Below are positions 1 through 12,735 of a stretch of DNA of 64,000 nucleotides, piece after piece. The stretch is from the human T2T-CHM13v2.0 reference genome, Homo sapiens. How positions within the stretch are numbered: the first letter of the stretch is position 1; each line of letters begins with the position of its first letter. The stretch lies in the NCBI RefSeq assembly GCF_009914755.1, contig NC_060928.1, one strand, 5' to 3'. The notes under the pieces were generated by a model. It did not search any database, was not told where the DNA came from, and was given only the letters and a program-made list of their open reading frames with translations. The translations under genes were made by a program, and so were the position numbers.

Positions 1-59
1 TATTAAATTTAGGGTGTGGCTAATATTCTTATTAATATCAAAAATAAAAGAAGAATGCT

Positions 60-790
60 TATGATTACCAAATCAAGATAGGAAAACAATTTGAAAAGAC
101 ATCTCACAAAAGAAAATCTCCAAAATGGGTAATATTGACATAAATCTGTGAAACATTTTAAATTACTAGGGAAATGCAAATTAAAACAAGAAACTACCAC
201 TACATATTCACAGAAATGGCTGATATTAACAAACTGAAAATCTCTGGCCATGATATAGAGTAACTGAAACACTCATCCATGGTTGATGTGAATGTGAAAC
301 TGTGCACTGCTGGAGAATTGTTTGATAGTTTATTACCAAATTAAACATATAATTACAGTACATTCCAGTAATTTTTCATCAACATGAAAGTTTATGTAAT
401 TTTGATGTAGTCATGTAATATAATACTACTTAATCCAAAAAGGAATAAACTATAGATACACACAACCATGTGGATTGGTGATTATATATACATAACATTA
501 TGTGGAATATAAGTAGCCAGAAACAAAACAGTGTAAACTGTATAATTTCAATCATATGAAATTCTAGAGGAAACAAATTTAGTTTACGGTGACAATGGTG
601 ATCAGTGGTGCTCCTGGCATTGGCAGGATGACAGAGAAGAAACGTAAAGAAACTCTGGTGGTAACTTCAGTGTTCTATATCTTGATTTTGATGGTCGTTA
701 TAGGGCTGTACAAATCAGCTAAAACTCATCAAGCTCTATGCCAAAGATGTGCACTTTATTGCGTGAAAATTACACCTAAAGAAAGTTCAT
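60..790 (+). mobile_element. Ancient L1M (L1ME-like) ORF2 end and 3' UTR remnant
   Basis: Degenerate L1 motifs: agacatctcacaaaagaa, gggaaatgcaaattaaaac, and the L1ME-type terminus gtgcactttattgcgtgaaaattacacct. Confidence 0.7.
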
Positions 791-1049
791 ATCATCATGT
801 TAATGTACAAGAAGTTCCAGCAAATTTTCATTAAAAATATCCCCAAGCAGAGATTTTCTCCTCCACGCATTATTAAGAAACATTGTAGAACAACAGTAAT
901 TAAAACTGTATGTTACTGTGCACATAGGTTGCAGGCAAGAAAGTCGGGGAAAAAAGAGTGACGAGTTTAGAATGATACCTACATACATAATGGAAATGTA
1001 TTGTTAAGGTAGAATTTCAAAACATTTAGGAGAAAATTGCAAAATATCG

Positions 1050-1500
1050 TTGTTGAAAAAATGCTTGACAACCTGGTGTGTAAATTTACCAGGTCAATAA
1101 CGTGGTTCTCACCTTCCTCTGTGTGGTAAAAAAATTTCAGCTGCATCAGACAAACATAAAAATGAAATCGCTAAATTATTAGAACAATCTATCAGCCTTT
1201 GGAGGGCTATATTTAGCAAGAGATACATTTACAAACATTCAAATGAAACAGATTGATATACATGACAACATGAAAAGTAAAATTATATGCATAGCAATGA
1301 CATTACTGGAAAGAAAATAAATTTTAAAAACAAACTGGAAAAAGTTTGCAAGGCATACAACAGGGGGCTAATATTATGATTAAAAAAAGTGGTAGTAACA
1401 AATAAAAGACCAACAACTAAATAAAAAGATGGGCAGAACATATTTCATAAGAAATGAAGTGTACATGGCTGTTACATAGAAGGAAATAAGCATTTGCATA
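1050..1500 (+). mobile_element. Highly diverged L1M ORF2 fragment
   Basis: A-rich L1-like tracts (aaactggaaaaagtttgcaaggcatacaac, aaaagatgggcagaac). Confidence 0.45.
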
Positions 1501-1749
1501 TATAGTTTGCATGCAATGGGAATAAGACATTGTGAAAAAAATGAAAATCTAATGGTAATGAGGGAGAGAGAGAGAGAGATGGCATGATTTATGTAGGCAA
1601 ATAATTAGTTGCTGAATGATCCAAAAATGTATCAAAGGGGCATAAAGGGATGAAAAAATAAGAAGAAATCATTATTTGCTAAAATGCTGTTCTCATTGAT
1701 GGCTATACTCCATCTAATTCCACATTTAAAAATTTAACATATGACTTTA

Positions 1750-1890
1750 TTACCTTCTCTTACTGTTAGAATATAAGCTTTATAAGGGCAAAGATCTTTC
1801 TTTTGCTTGCAGATGCGTTTCTAGTATCCATGAGTGTGCCTAACCTTCTATGAATTAAATAACTTTATATTGAATTAAGGAATGCATAAA
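1750..1890 (+). mobile_element. L2 3' end fragment
   Basis: tagaatataagctttataagggcaaagatc ... ttgaattaaggaatg resembles the L2 terminus. Confidence 0.55.
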
Positions 1891-4800
1891 TATAGGGAAA
1901 TAAGGAGAGAAATTAATCAGACTAATATAATTTATATCAATTAATTTTATTGTGAAAGGTAATTACCAAATCAAAATAAATACTAAGAGAAATTTTGGTG
2001 TGTTGAAAGATGATATTAATGACCAAAAAAATAAAAAAATAGAAATAAAGAAATGCTTGGATTGTAGAGGTTTAACAATTGCCTGGTTTTCTTAATGCAT
2101 ACATTAATGTTGGTGCTTGTTTTTCATAAACAGATGTGATCAGACAGTTGCACTGACATTGGGTGGAACATAAAAGTGTGGAAAGCTGGTACAATCAAAC
2201 TTTACTTGGTTGGTGAGCATGTTGAATTTTGGAGCTCATATGAATAGATCCCTGAGTGAAAATAAATGCTGACTTAGTAATTTAAAACTATCCCTACACT
2301 TGAGCTTGATACAAAATTTAGTTGCTGTTTACTGGCTTTGAAAATTTTCTAGGCCTATGAGAGTCTAAGAAATTACAACCATGAAAAATGAACACATAGG
2401 AATCGACTTGATAAGGACTTATGATAGATTTTAGAGTTAGTTTAATTGTGGACCTATTCATGATTTAGTAGTGAGATATATATGCTTAGACATAAGATGC
2501 CAACTAAAATTATATTTGAAATGTGAAACAAAAAAATATTAATTGGTTAAGGAGATCCATTTTATTATACTGACAATTATATGTCATTTTATCCTTTTTT
2601 TTCTTTTTCACACCACCAAATGCATCCTGAATACATTTACATGTGATAAGGGAAAGAATAATGTGAATTGCAATGATATAACCAATTGAATTGTGCTCAT
2701 ATCAAAAGTGAAAAATAATATCCTTAATCGCACATTGAGTCCATTTAATGAGAAAGCTGACAAGTAGACTTTTTTTTTGTTTAAAGTCCTAAAGATTTTA
2801 CCAGTGTGACATTTGCAATATCTAATAAGTGCTTAACTTAAAAAATAACTGAGGATGAAAAATCTGTCAAAATGGGAGTTTCATTTAAAATGAAAAGAGA
2901 GGTACAGACTTTTAATATACAATTTCATGTTATTTGTATGTCAACTAATCAAAGTGATATGATTATCCTTTCATTTACATCATCTCAAAGACTGCTTAAT
3001 TTTTCGAAGGAAGTCAGTTTGATAGGTTGATAATAGTTTTTGGCATGTGAGGGTTCCGTATGGGTATCATATCATAACAGGGCACTAGTGAAGTAGTCTT
3101 CTTAGATCCTGATATCAATATTCACACTTGACATGTACATGTCTCTTGGTGGCTGACACTCTTACCCATCTGTCATGATGGCAAAATGCCCAATCCTTAG
3201 TCAGCTGAGGTATTTCTCTGGGGCTTGAATAATGACTTTTCTTGCTTTTTAACTTTTAAAGTGATTTTAATGCTCACAAATTTGACAACTAACCATGTCA
3301 AAAATTCAAATACTCTGAAAATAAGTACAAGAAACATAGCACATGCTTTTTATTTTTAAATATCACAAACTGCCAGTGGATGCAATTTAATAGTTGATAG
3401 TCTACAGTCTCCTTTTGGTTGAGATTACCCAAAAACGGAGCAGTAATGGCAATGTGATGATGGATCTTGTTTCTATGCACTTTCTCCTAGAGAAATTGAA
3501 TGCAACAACCAATTTGAGAGACGTTACTTGGCATTCTTTCAACATATCTCTATAGAGGATAAGAATCAACTAAAACACTCTGGCAGAACCCTTCTTGTGA
3601 CAGTTAAAGATACTGTTGGTTCTAAAATTATGAGAAAAACTCACTCTACACATCTATACGCGTTGTTAGGTTGGTAATTTTGATGTGAAGAGTACAGTGA
3701 GGAGAAAACCGAAACAATATAAACTTTGTTACATCCCTGAATATTTAAAATATGCTAAAATTTTAGCTCTATGTGAATGAATATATCTTTTTGAATATTT
3801 ATAGTCATTTTTCTAATATGCTCAAATCAATGTAATTTTTTCTTTAAACTACATTTTTAAATGCAACATGAATTACTTTAGCATATTTGGGCACCATTGT
3901 TTACTGCAATGCAATAAGTTATTTTATTCTATAGTATGTCCTTGTTATTTCTTAATGGACAGATTTAGTGTTGTTCTATTCAGTGCTACCCAGCAGTGCC
4001 AAAGGAACTTGTAATAATACCACCGTGGCTAGTGGCACCTGAGACCACTGAGAGAAAAGTCAGACCCTCTCTGTTGAAATACATGAACTTGTTCTCCTAT
4101 TCATCAGGAAGTGGTGGGAGATCATCATTAATTTCAGTTCATATTTTTTTACTTCTACTTTAAGTCACTTCTTGACACATCTTGAGATTATATGAATTAT
4201 TATTTCAGCAGGTATTTGGTACTGAAGCATGCAATTTCATGCAGGGATAAATCAAGCAGTTGAACCATTAAAATTAATGCAAATCGCCTGTTTCTATTTA
4301 AGAAAGAAAAGAGGGGTAATCTTGAGGGAGAATTATACTTACTGTAACAGAATTTTCTATAAACTACACTTAAAATTATGTATTGTCTTAATGAAAAGGA
4401 ATCATTGTTTTGAAATATCAATTTTCTTTTATATTAATTCATTATAAATCAGCTATAAAAAGATCACTCCAAATTTATAAATTTTATTTTATTTTTCTAT
4501 CAACATAGGGTTTGCTTTTAACCTGTTTACCACATGGCCAACAGGAACATTTGAAATCTATTTATACTGTTTATATTTTTGATTTAGTGCTTTACGTAAC
4601 GTAGTCCACACTAACCAGAGATAAGGGCATTAAGAGATTCTTTGAAGCATTACTTACCTCCTCTGAATATCTACTACATGAAGATATAAGCTGTAGTCAG
4701 AAAGCCCTTCTCTACATCTCACTTAAATCGTTACTGCCAAATTTTCAGGTTCTATTCTCAACAGGAAATGATGAAAAACTGCTCTGTATTTACCATAAAA

Positions 4801-5782
4801 CAAGTCTTCATTTGTGTTACTGATAAGAATCTTCTCACATTTAAAGAATATAACTTGTGTTTTTTTCCTAAATATGTAAAGTAAACCAATTTATATTTTC
4901 TGCATATTTTAAGTTTAATGAATTATTACAGTAAGAATCCTATTAGGCAGGCATAAGCAATTCTAGAATATTCTCACAAACATGTGATTGACTTTTATCA
5001 GCATCTGATTATAGAAACTGAAGTCATCAAATCTTTCCTTAGATACCTATTTTTCATATTTGTAATCATTTTGGTTGTGCTTAATCTTTATTAGTCAAGT
5101 GAATCAGCTAGTATTATGAAGAGTTTCAAAATGGCTGGCGTCAGAATCGTCTCTGACACTAAAACAACACAAGGAGAATGGCTCATCATAATGAGAACAA
5201 AATACACAGCCTCTTCCTAGCATAAGCAGTAGCTGATGTTATTGCTTACTGCTAGCTTTCCATTGCAAAATAATTATCTGGAGCAGATAAGATCACAAGC
5301 CAGTTAATATCACAAGCCTGCCCCTGCTGCTAATATGATCTTATCAGTAACAGACTGATCACTTTCTAGGGGGAAGTATCAGCACTTGGGCCTTTTAAAA
5401 AAGAAACTGATCCAAAGGTGAGAAGCAGATGCTGTACACTACAATAGTAGAGTGAGCTTGTACATTTTCTTTGTTAAATATTATGCTCACAGAGCTTGCG
5501 TTTACCTCATGGGACTATTGCAAAAGGCAGAGGTTCAATTCCATGGTGCTGAAATATATCATCGTGTTTTGGCATAATTGTATTTCTAATGGGCTCTCAG
5601 AGAAAGGAATGCATAAGTGCCAATTACAGCATGGTACAAATGAAGCATTATGATGTGCTCTGGAACAATCTGCATAATGGCAACATAGTCATATTATGTT
5701 CAGTTATTTCTAGTTCCTGTATTTGAATCTCTGTCAACAAACAATTTTTTCATGGAAGGCCCCAAATGTGATGTGAATTGAC

Positions 5783-6241
5783 TGCTATAAAAATAATAAT
5801 TTCCTTGTCAATAATGTATATAAATAGGGATCGGAAATATGTATGTGTGTGTGTGTGTATATATAAGTATATATGTAATACACACACTCCTTATATACGT
5901 ATATAAGGAATATATGTGTATACATATATACTTATATATATGTGTGTATATATATACTTATATATGTGTATATATATGTGTGTATATATATAAGTATATA
6001 CAATACAATGGTAGTATATACAATACAATACATATATACACATATATACACACACACATATATTCCTTATACATATATATACACACACACATGTTCCTTA
6101 TACATATATATACACACATATAATTCTTATGTAGATGTATTTTATATATATACTCGTATACTTATATATATATATACACATACATATTTCTGATCCCTAT
6201 TTATATACATTATTGACAAGGAAATTATTATTTTTATAGCA
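5783..6241. repeat. 66-bp inverted repeat (5783-5848 / 6176-6241) enclosing a TA/CA-rich compound microsatellite
   Basis: tgctataaaaataataatttccttgtcaataatgtatataaatagggatcggaaatatgtatgtgt recurs as its reverse complement with one mismatch (CG vs TG). Confidence 0.95.
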
Positions 6242-9200
6242 TATATATAAAAGATTATATAAGTATATATTCACACACATATATTCCTTATACAAATACA
6301 GATACAGATATTTCTTATACATATATAGATATAAATATAGATATCAAATGGTTAACCACCTCTCTGGCTATAGTATGTGAGCATCATAAGCACTGTTTTA
6401 CAAATCAAGGGATAACTAAAGGTAACTTATCCCTGTCTAGCTGATATGTAAAAAGTATAAAAAGGTAACACCAACAAAACAGTTTGAAGGCAAAAATCAC
6501 AAATAATAATTCAAAAACAAATATAAGGAAAAGACACATGCAGTAATCTGAAATACAGATTGTTTCTGATGCTTGAAGAAAAAAACCCATTTCATGCTAA
6601 TATAAATATTATGCTTTTAGGTGAAAAAACGCACTGCTTATTTTCTTCAAGTCAAAATGCCTTAAAGGAGCAGTATCTTGAATGTGACGTGGCAGACTCA
6701 AGGGGATGCTCTTCAACATAAAGCATCAGAAGCCTGAGTAACATTTTCTGATCTTGACTCTACGTGACAAGTCGAAAAGAATTTTTTTCAATTTAGTTTT
6801 TACCAAGTCAGATTCTATTTGACAATATGGCAGCACTACACATGGAAAGTAACTTATTACTTTGGGCATCTAGTTTAAATAGAGACAATCCATAATGTGC
6901 ATGTGAAAAAAAATGGCCACTGTTCTTGAAGCATTGCCCTTGAGCAAGCAACAAGTTTAAATCTGTCAGTGTGGAAGAAATTGTTTTTTCTTAATTGCTT
7001 AATTGTTAACCCTAGGAGAAAATGACAATAAAATTCTACTTCAAAATGTTTATGTTTTTGGAATTACAGGTATGTATTAAGGAGTTTTTAATAATTCCAA
7101 AAATTGCATATAAAAACAATATTATATATAAAATAACAGTAAAATAAAGGCATGTTTTATTAAGAAAGTACAAATGATATGTATTTTGCCAGAGACAATA
7201 TTTAGAAGAAAATCGAGTGGCCCTGTGCAGGAGAGGAAGGAAGAGATTAGAAATGAGAGAAGCCACCTTATTTAATGAAGACTATATAATAAAGACTTCC
7301 CTGATTCCAAACATTTTGAAAGCCTTAAGGAAATTTTCTAATAGATATAGGAAAAGTAATTACCAGTCCATTAAGTGGCTTAAATGGTCGACCATCTTAC
7401 TGCTGGATTAGCAAACAAATTTAGAAGTCATCAAAAGCTACAAGATTTTTTTCGTGTTCATGATCATAAAATACCTCTGTTTCTCTAGATTCATTGTGGT
7501 TTCATTACATTGTTCTTAATTCATCATATTTTTAATTGCATGCATATATAGATACTATGTTTGCATCTACATAATAGTGGAATATTAATAATGAGAAATT
7601 TCAAGGAAAAATGTTGTATAAAGAGATTTTTATAATTTTAGGTACATGTAGAAACCATAAGTGGAACACTGTATTAACTGAATATCATTGAGAAACTTCA
7701 AGCAAACATGTTACTGATATAAATTAAAGAATAATTGAAAAGGAAAAGACCTCCTTCCTTTTTTCCCCAAAAGGTAAATGTGTTTTCTTATAGCTTTAAC
7801 TACTTGCTGTAAAATTAAATGCTTTTAATTTCTGATACAAGGGAGCAGAATACGATGTTAATATTTTCTGTATGTCTTTTGATATTAATAATGCATTGAA
7901 AATATCTGCAACATTAAAATTCTTTCTGTGGGCTTTTTGTGAATGCTATTATGTCAAGCCATTAATTGTGCACTTTTCCAAAAGCAGGCAACCTATCCTG
8001 CTAGCTCTTGAATCATATTGTGAAAGCATAATTGTATTCTGTGCATTCTTGGTTGACATTAAAATGGTCTGTTAGTTGTGTCTAGCAGAATGTCTTCCTT
8101 TCTGAATTATGTATTTAGATAAACTTATCCAACAACTTCAGAGCAACATTGTGTTCCTGTCCTCCCATCTGTATGTAAGAGTAAAAACTAAGAGGTAGGT
8201 TTACTAATTGGTTAAAATATCTTCTTCTCCACATGTCTTAAAATATGAATAAAAACATGTATGAAAAGAACATTTCACAAATGACTATTTCATACTTAAA
8301 GGCATATTTGGAAATCTTAGATAGTCCAGCAAGGACAACTATGTAACTGTTACTGAACATTGGAGTATATAATAGTGAATTATAGCTGTCCAAATATCAC
8401 CTATGTCTGACTATTGATCTTTTTATCTGCCTCTAGTTCTCAAGACTTCAATTCTTCTCAATAGCAACATATTTTTCAAATAATTTATCTGCAAAAATTT
8501 CCATGAATTTTTAAATTTTATTAGAACCTAATAATTATTACCTCTTTTGAATTTTCTCATAAGGCCTCTATAATATGGCCTTTTCCCTGCTTCAATTTAT
8601 TCCCTGGAGTTGACTCTATTCATACTTTTATCTCCTTTGCATGTTATATTCATCTACAACTTTTTATTTGTTGTTATTCTGACTGACATTTGTTCCTTTA
8701 TTCCTTTACTTATTCCACTTGTTCAGAACCTATATATTTCTAAAGGCTCTGTTAAATGTTCTATTACTTTTCTTCTGCTTAAATCACTCAAGTAATGCTT
8801 CTTGCATCCTTCACTGTTCATGTCTACAGCTAGCTTCTGTCAGCAAATTGACATTACGTCAATAGCAGTACCTTCCATGGACTTTGCTTCAATATTTTAA
8901 TATCTAGGTTATTGCTATTAAAAATAGTATGAATTAAAAATACCAAAGGAAAAATAAAAGACAAATTGCAAACAAATATGACAAGCATATTAAATATTAT
9001 TAATTTAAAAACTTCTACAAATAAGAAAACACCTAACAAGTAAATATTAAAGAATATACATTAGTAATTCACTAGCATATTTAAATTTTCCATCATAAAA
9101 TACAAAATGCTTCAAGAAGATTGACAAATTAACTTTTCAACAAGCAAATTATCTTCTTTTTTATAATCATAAAGAATGTGTAAAGAAACTGACACTGTGA

Positions 9201-9641
9201 TGTAATGCTGGTTCGAATAGAAATTGGAAAGCAACCTCGCATTGTGAAAAAGCAAGCATTCACATTTCTGTGTTGGCAAGTCCACACTTGTGCCTTTTTC
9301 TTAAGGAAATAATGAACACTTTGAAACCTTTATGTATGTAAAGTTTATCAGAGAATCACTTATGATACTAAAAATTAAAGTCGTTTTTAATCATAGGAAA
9401 ATCGTTAAAATGAATTCAGGAATATCAACTTGTGGGAATATTGGGTGGTAATTCATTAAAGTAATAAATTACTTTTAATCCAGTCATTAATGGAGCCTTT
9501 TAAAAACACATATTGCAACTTTATATATCTTCTAAAATATCACTTATTTAATACATCTTCCGAGTACAATGTATGGTCTGCAATATCAGAGAATATGCAC
9601 CATTTACTGCGAAGATAAAGAACATACAATAGGCACTCAAA

Positions 9642-9696
9642 GCATTTATGAAATGAATAATAGGTTGGTGTTGCATTTATGAAATGAATAATAGGT
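9642..9696 (+). repeat. 24-bp direct duplication at an L2-like 3' tail
   Basis: gcatttatgaaatgaataataggt at 9642-9665 and 9673-9696, with a 7-bp spacer. Confidence 0.9.
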
Positions 9697-9719
9697 AACT
9701 GGGTTCATGATCCTTCTTA

Positions 9720-9840
9720 CGTTGTGCATTAAGTGTTAGTGGTCTAAATTTCCAAAGTAGGTAAGCTAGACACTGAAATATTGCAATATTGCACGACTCA
9801 TTCTAAGATACACAGTTTATACAGAAGCAGACAGGATTTA
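9720..9840 (-). mobile_element. MIR fragment
   Basis: Weak MIR-core similarity (taggtaagctagacactgaa ... aagatacacagttta ... gacaggattta). Confidence 0.4.
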
Positions 9841-9854
9841 AAAAAAAAAAAAAA

Positions 9855-10125
9855 GGCTGGCGTGGTGGCTCACTTGTAATCCCAGCACTTTGGAAGGCCA
9901 AGGAGGGTGGATGGCTTGAGTTCGGCAGCTCAAGACCAGTTTGGGCAACATAGAGAAACCCCGGCTTTACCAAAAATACAAAAACTTAGCCCTACGTGAT
10001 GGCTGAGGTGGGTGGATCGCTTGAGCCTAGGAGGCGGAGGCTGCAGTGAGCCAAGATGGCGACCCTGAACTCCAGCCTGGGTGACATAGTGAGACTCTGT
10101 CTCAAAAAAATTAAAAAGAAACAAA
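9855..10125 (+). mobile_element. AluJ with a ~30-bp deletion at the start of the right arm
   Basis: ggctggcgtggtggctcac start; J-type gcttgagcctaggaggcggaggctgcag; the cctgtagtcccagctact segment is missing; A tail present. Confidence 0.9.
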
Positions 10126-10569
10126 TACATAAAAAACTATATCTTCCATGCTTCTGTGTCACAGGTCTATATGTTTTACTTACACAATGTTTTCCTTTCT
10201 TTGAAGAACAAAGAGATTGGAATTGGTTAGCTTAGGAGAAGGCTCTTGCAGTTTTATAAACCTGGGGTCTAGGAGAAGAAAAAAGTGGGAGGGCTAAGAG
10301 TGTGAAAACACTAGGTGATGAGTCAGAGTGCTGAGGAGTGTCTTCAGGGTTCAGGCAGCGAGACCAGGAGTGCAGATATAAATAAGACTATGACTGCCCA
10401 AAGACCCCTAAATCCTTGACAGCTCCCCTCAGAGACTGCAATGCACTAGCTATACATCAGGTCTAGTGAGAAAGGGGAGTTTTTCCCCATGAAGTCTGCC
10501 ACATAAAGCCTTAGTATTGCACCTGGTACAAACTAAAAAAAAATCATAGAAAAGTATTTGGCCAGGAGC

Positions 10570-11130
10570 TGAACTGCACACTTGGGAAGTCCCCAAGACC
10601 ACTTCCAAGCTCAATAATTTGTTAGAAGAATTCACAGAACTCAAAAAACCATTATCTCCGTAGTTATGGTTTATTACAGTGAAAAGATACAAATGAAAGT
10701 CAGCTAAGGGAAGAGGCAGGATAAGGAGAGACTGGTGTAATGTTTCCAGCTGTATCTCAGTGGGTTTGTATGGACAATGCTTATTTCTTTCTGATGCATG
10801 AAGTAACATATGGAGTATTGTCAACCAGCGAATCACACCTAAGTCTGGCACTCAGAGTACTTATTGGGAGTTGGTCACATAGGCATAGACCACTACCCAG
10901 AAGGCTGACTTACTCTCCAGCGCCTCCAGAGGCCACATTAATATCACGTAACCTAATCCCCCCATCATAAATCACATTGTTAGCATAAACTATCTGGCAT
11001 AGCCCCAGGTTCTCAGATAATCAAAGACAATCCTCTCAGGCAAGACATCCCTAGGACTACGAGGTTGCCTTCCAGAAACTGGGAGGAAGGGACCAAAACT
11101 TTCTTTGGTTAAGGTTAATTCTTTATTGCA
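10570..11130 (-). mobile_element. MER21-family (ERVL-class) LTR
   Basis: gtccccaagaccac, ttatggtttattacagtgaaaagatac, ataaatcacattgttagcataaactatctggc and the terminus aaggttaattctttattgca match recalled MER21C antisense. Confidence 0.75.
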
Positions 11131-11409
11131 TACTGCCTTTGTCTCCTGGAGCATTAATTTCTTCTGTGCCTTGGAATCATTCCCATCAGCATGCTGATAT
11201 GTCAAATAATATATACAAATATCAAATTAAAAAGCAACAAAAACAATAACAATGAACACTCTCTTTTGACCCAGTGTCTTTCTTCAGCTACCATCTGATT
11301 TCTCTGCTATGCCCTTTATGGAAAATATCCAAACTCTCTATCTCAATTCCCCCTTCTCTCCTTGTCTTATCTAACCATTTCAATTGTATTCTAATTTTAA
11401 CCAACTAAT

Positions 11410-12452
11410 TATAGCAGTAATTCTAGTTGTCTCTCGAAATCTATTCTCTTCTTTTACCATACAAACAGAGCATTCAAATTTTACCTATGCCTGTCTCTGT
11501 TCAGTTGGAGATTATATTATTTATCCTCACAAGTAAATGTAGTCATGTAACTATTCTGGGTAATTAGGTATTTAAAAATTGGATGAGTATAATTCCCACA
11601 CAATTTCCATAAAAGTAGCATGTTTTACACTTTTTCCAATTCTTGCTCTAATTCTTACTAGCTGGAACGTGGATCTGACACAGGAAACTAGACAGCTATT
11701 TTAGAACAGAAGTTAGAAGCTTTGTGTTGGGTTTTTCAGAGCAACGAGGTAAACAGAGCCTTGTTAACACATTTCACAGAGATTGTATTATCAGCCCTGA
11801 TTTTGTTACATAAGAGGGTCTGTTAGTGAGGATTCTTCAGAGAAACAGAGCCAATAAGATAAACATATAGATAGATATAAAAGAAGAGATTTAGTATAGG
11901 AATTGGCTCACACAATTATGGAGGACAAGAAGTTCCCCAGTATGTCATCTGAAAGCTGGTGGTATAATTCAATCTGAGTCTGAAACTCTGAGGATTAGTC
12001 AATGGCATAACTCACAGTGGAAGGCAGAAGGTCTGACAACAGTGGGGGAAGGCAGGAGGCTACTGATGTAAGTCTGAAGGTCCAGCATCCAATAACTCCA
12101 ATGTCAACAGGATGGAAAAGATGGATGTCCCAGCTCAAGAAGCAAAAGTGAATTCACCCTTCCTCCCACTTTTTGCTCTTTCTTGGCCTTCAACAGATTG
12201 GATAATACCCACCCACATTGGTGAGAGTGGATCTTCTTTACAGTCTACTGAATCAATGCTAATCTCTTCTGGAAACACCTTCACAGACACACCTAGAAAT
12301 AATGTCTCACCAGCTATTTGGGTTTCCCCTAACCCAGTCAAGCTGACATACTAAATTAACCATGACAATGGGCAATATGCTTCTATCTTGCTTTCAGTTA
12401 CTAATATTTTAGGGTGATTGTTAAAATAACTGATCTGATCTCGTAGCTAATA
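11410..12452 (+). mobile_element. Old MLT1 (MaLR) LTR, interrupted by an MLT2 LTR
   Basis: gctggaacgtggatctga ... gctattttaga before the insert; MLT1-type end cttctatcttg ... gctaatata after it. Confidence 0.5.
11819..12367 (-). mobile_element. MLT2 solo LTR (ERV-L)
   Basis: ttagtgaggattcttcagagaaacagagccaata ... ccagtcaagctgacatactaaattaaccatgaca is the reverse complement of the MLT2 consensus. Confidence 0.9.
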
Positions 12453-12582
12453 TATTGTTGACCAAAATTGTAAAAGGCAATGGCAAATTCTGTTCTTATT
12501 AAAGTTGTAAACATTATTTGGTAATTTCTATTTTTGAAAATAATTTCTAACTGCATTTTCCCTCAATCTCACTAGCAATTTG

Positions 12583-12735
12583 TGACAATGGCTCATTTTA
12601 CCTATCAACTTGGCTAGGCTGCTGTATCCAGTTATTTAACCAATTACTAATCTAGGTGTTGTGATTATATTTTATACATGCAGTTAATATCTGCAATCAG
12701 TTGGCTCTAAGTAAAGGAGATTAACTCAATAATGT
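12583..12735 (+). mobile_element. MLT2D-like LTR 5' fragment
   Basis: tcaacttggctaggct ... ctaatctaggtgttgtg ... aatcagttggctctaagtaaaggagatta. Confidence 0.75.

Noticed and set aside
4020-4045. Possible CTCF site (ccgtggctagtggcacc)
   Set aside because: Only the 3' half matches the core motif; too weak to support
5839-6193. ORFs rich in Y/I/C/V/H (also 27714, 50296, 59032, 61176)
   Set aside because: Translations of TA/CA/TCTA microsatellites, not genes
5783-6241. Interpretation of the inverted repeat as a MITE with terminal inverted repeats
   Set aside because: No TSD, ends unlike hAT/Tc1/piggyBac termini, interior is simple repeat, and near-identity of the arms is too recent for primate DNA transposons
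10450-10851. 133-aa minus-strand ORF
   Set aside because: Lies mostly in the MER21-type LTR; no protein motif
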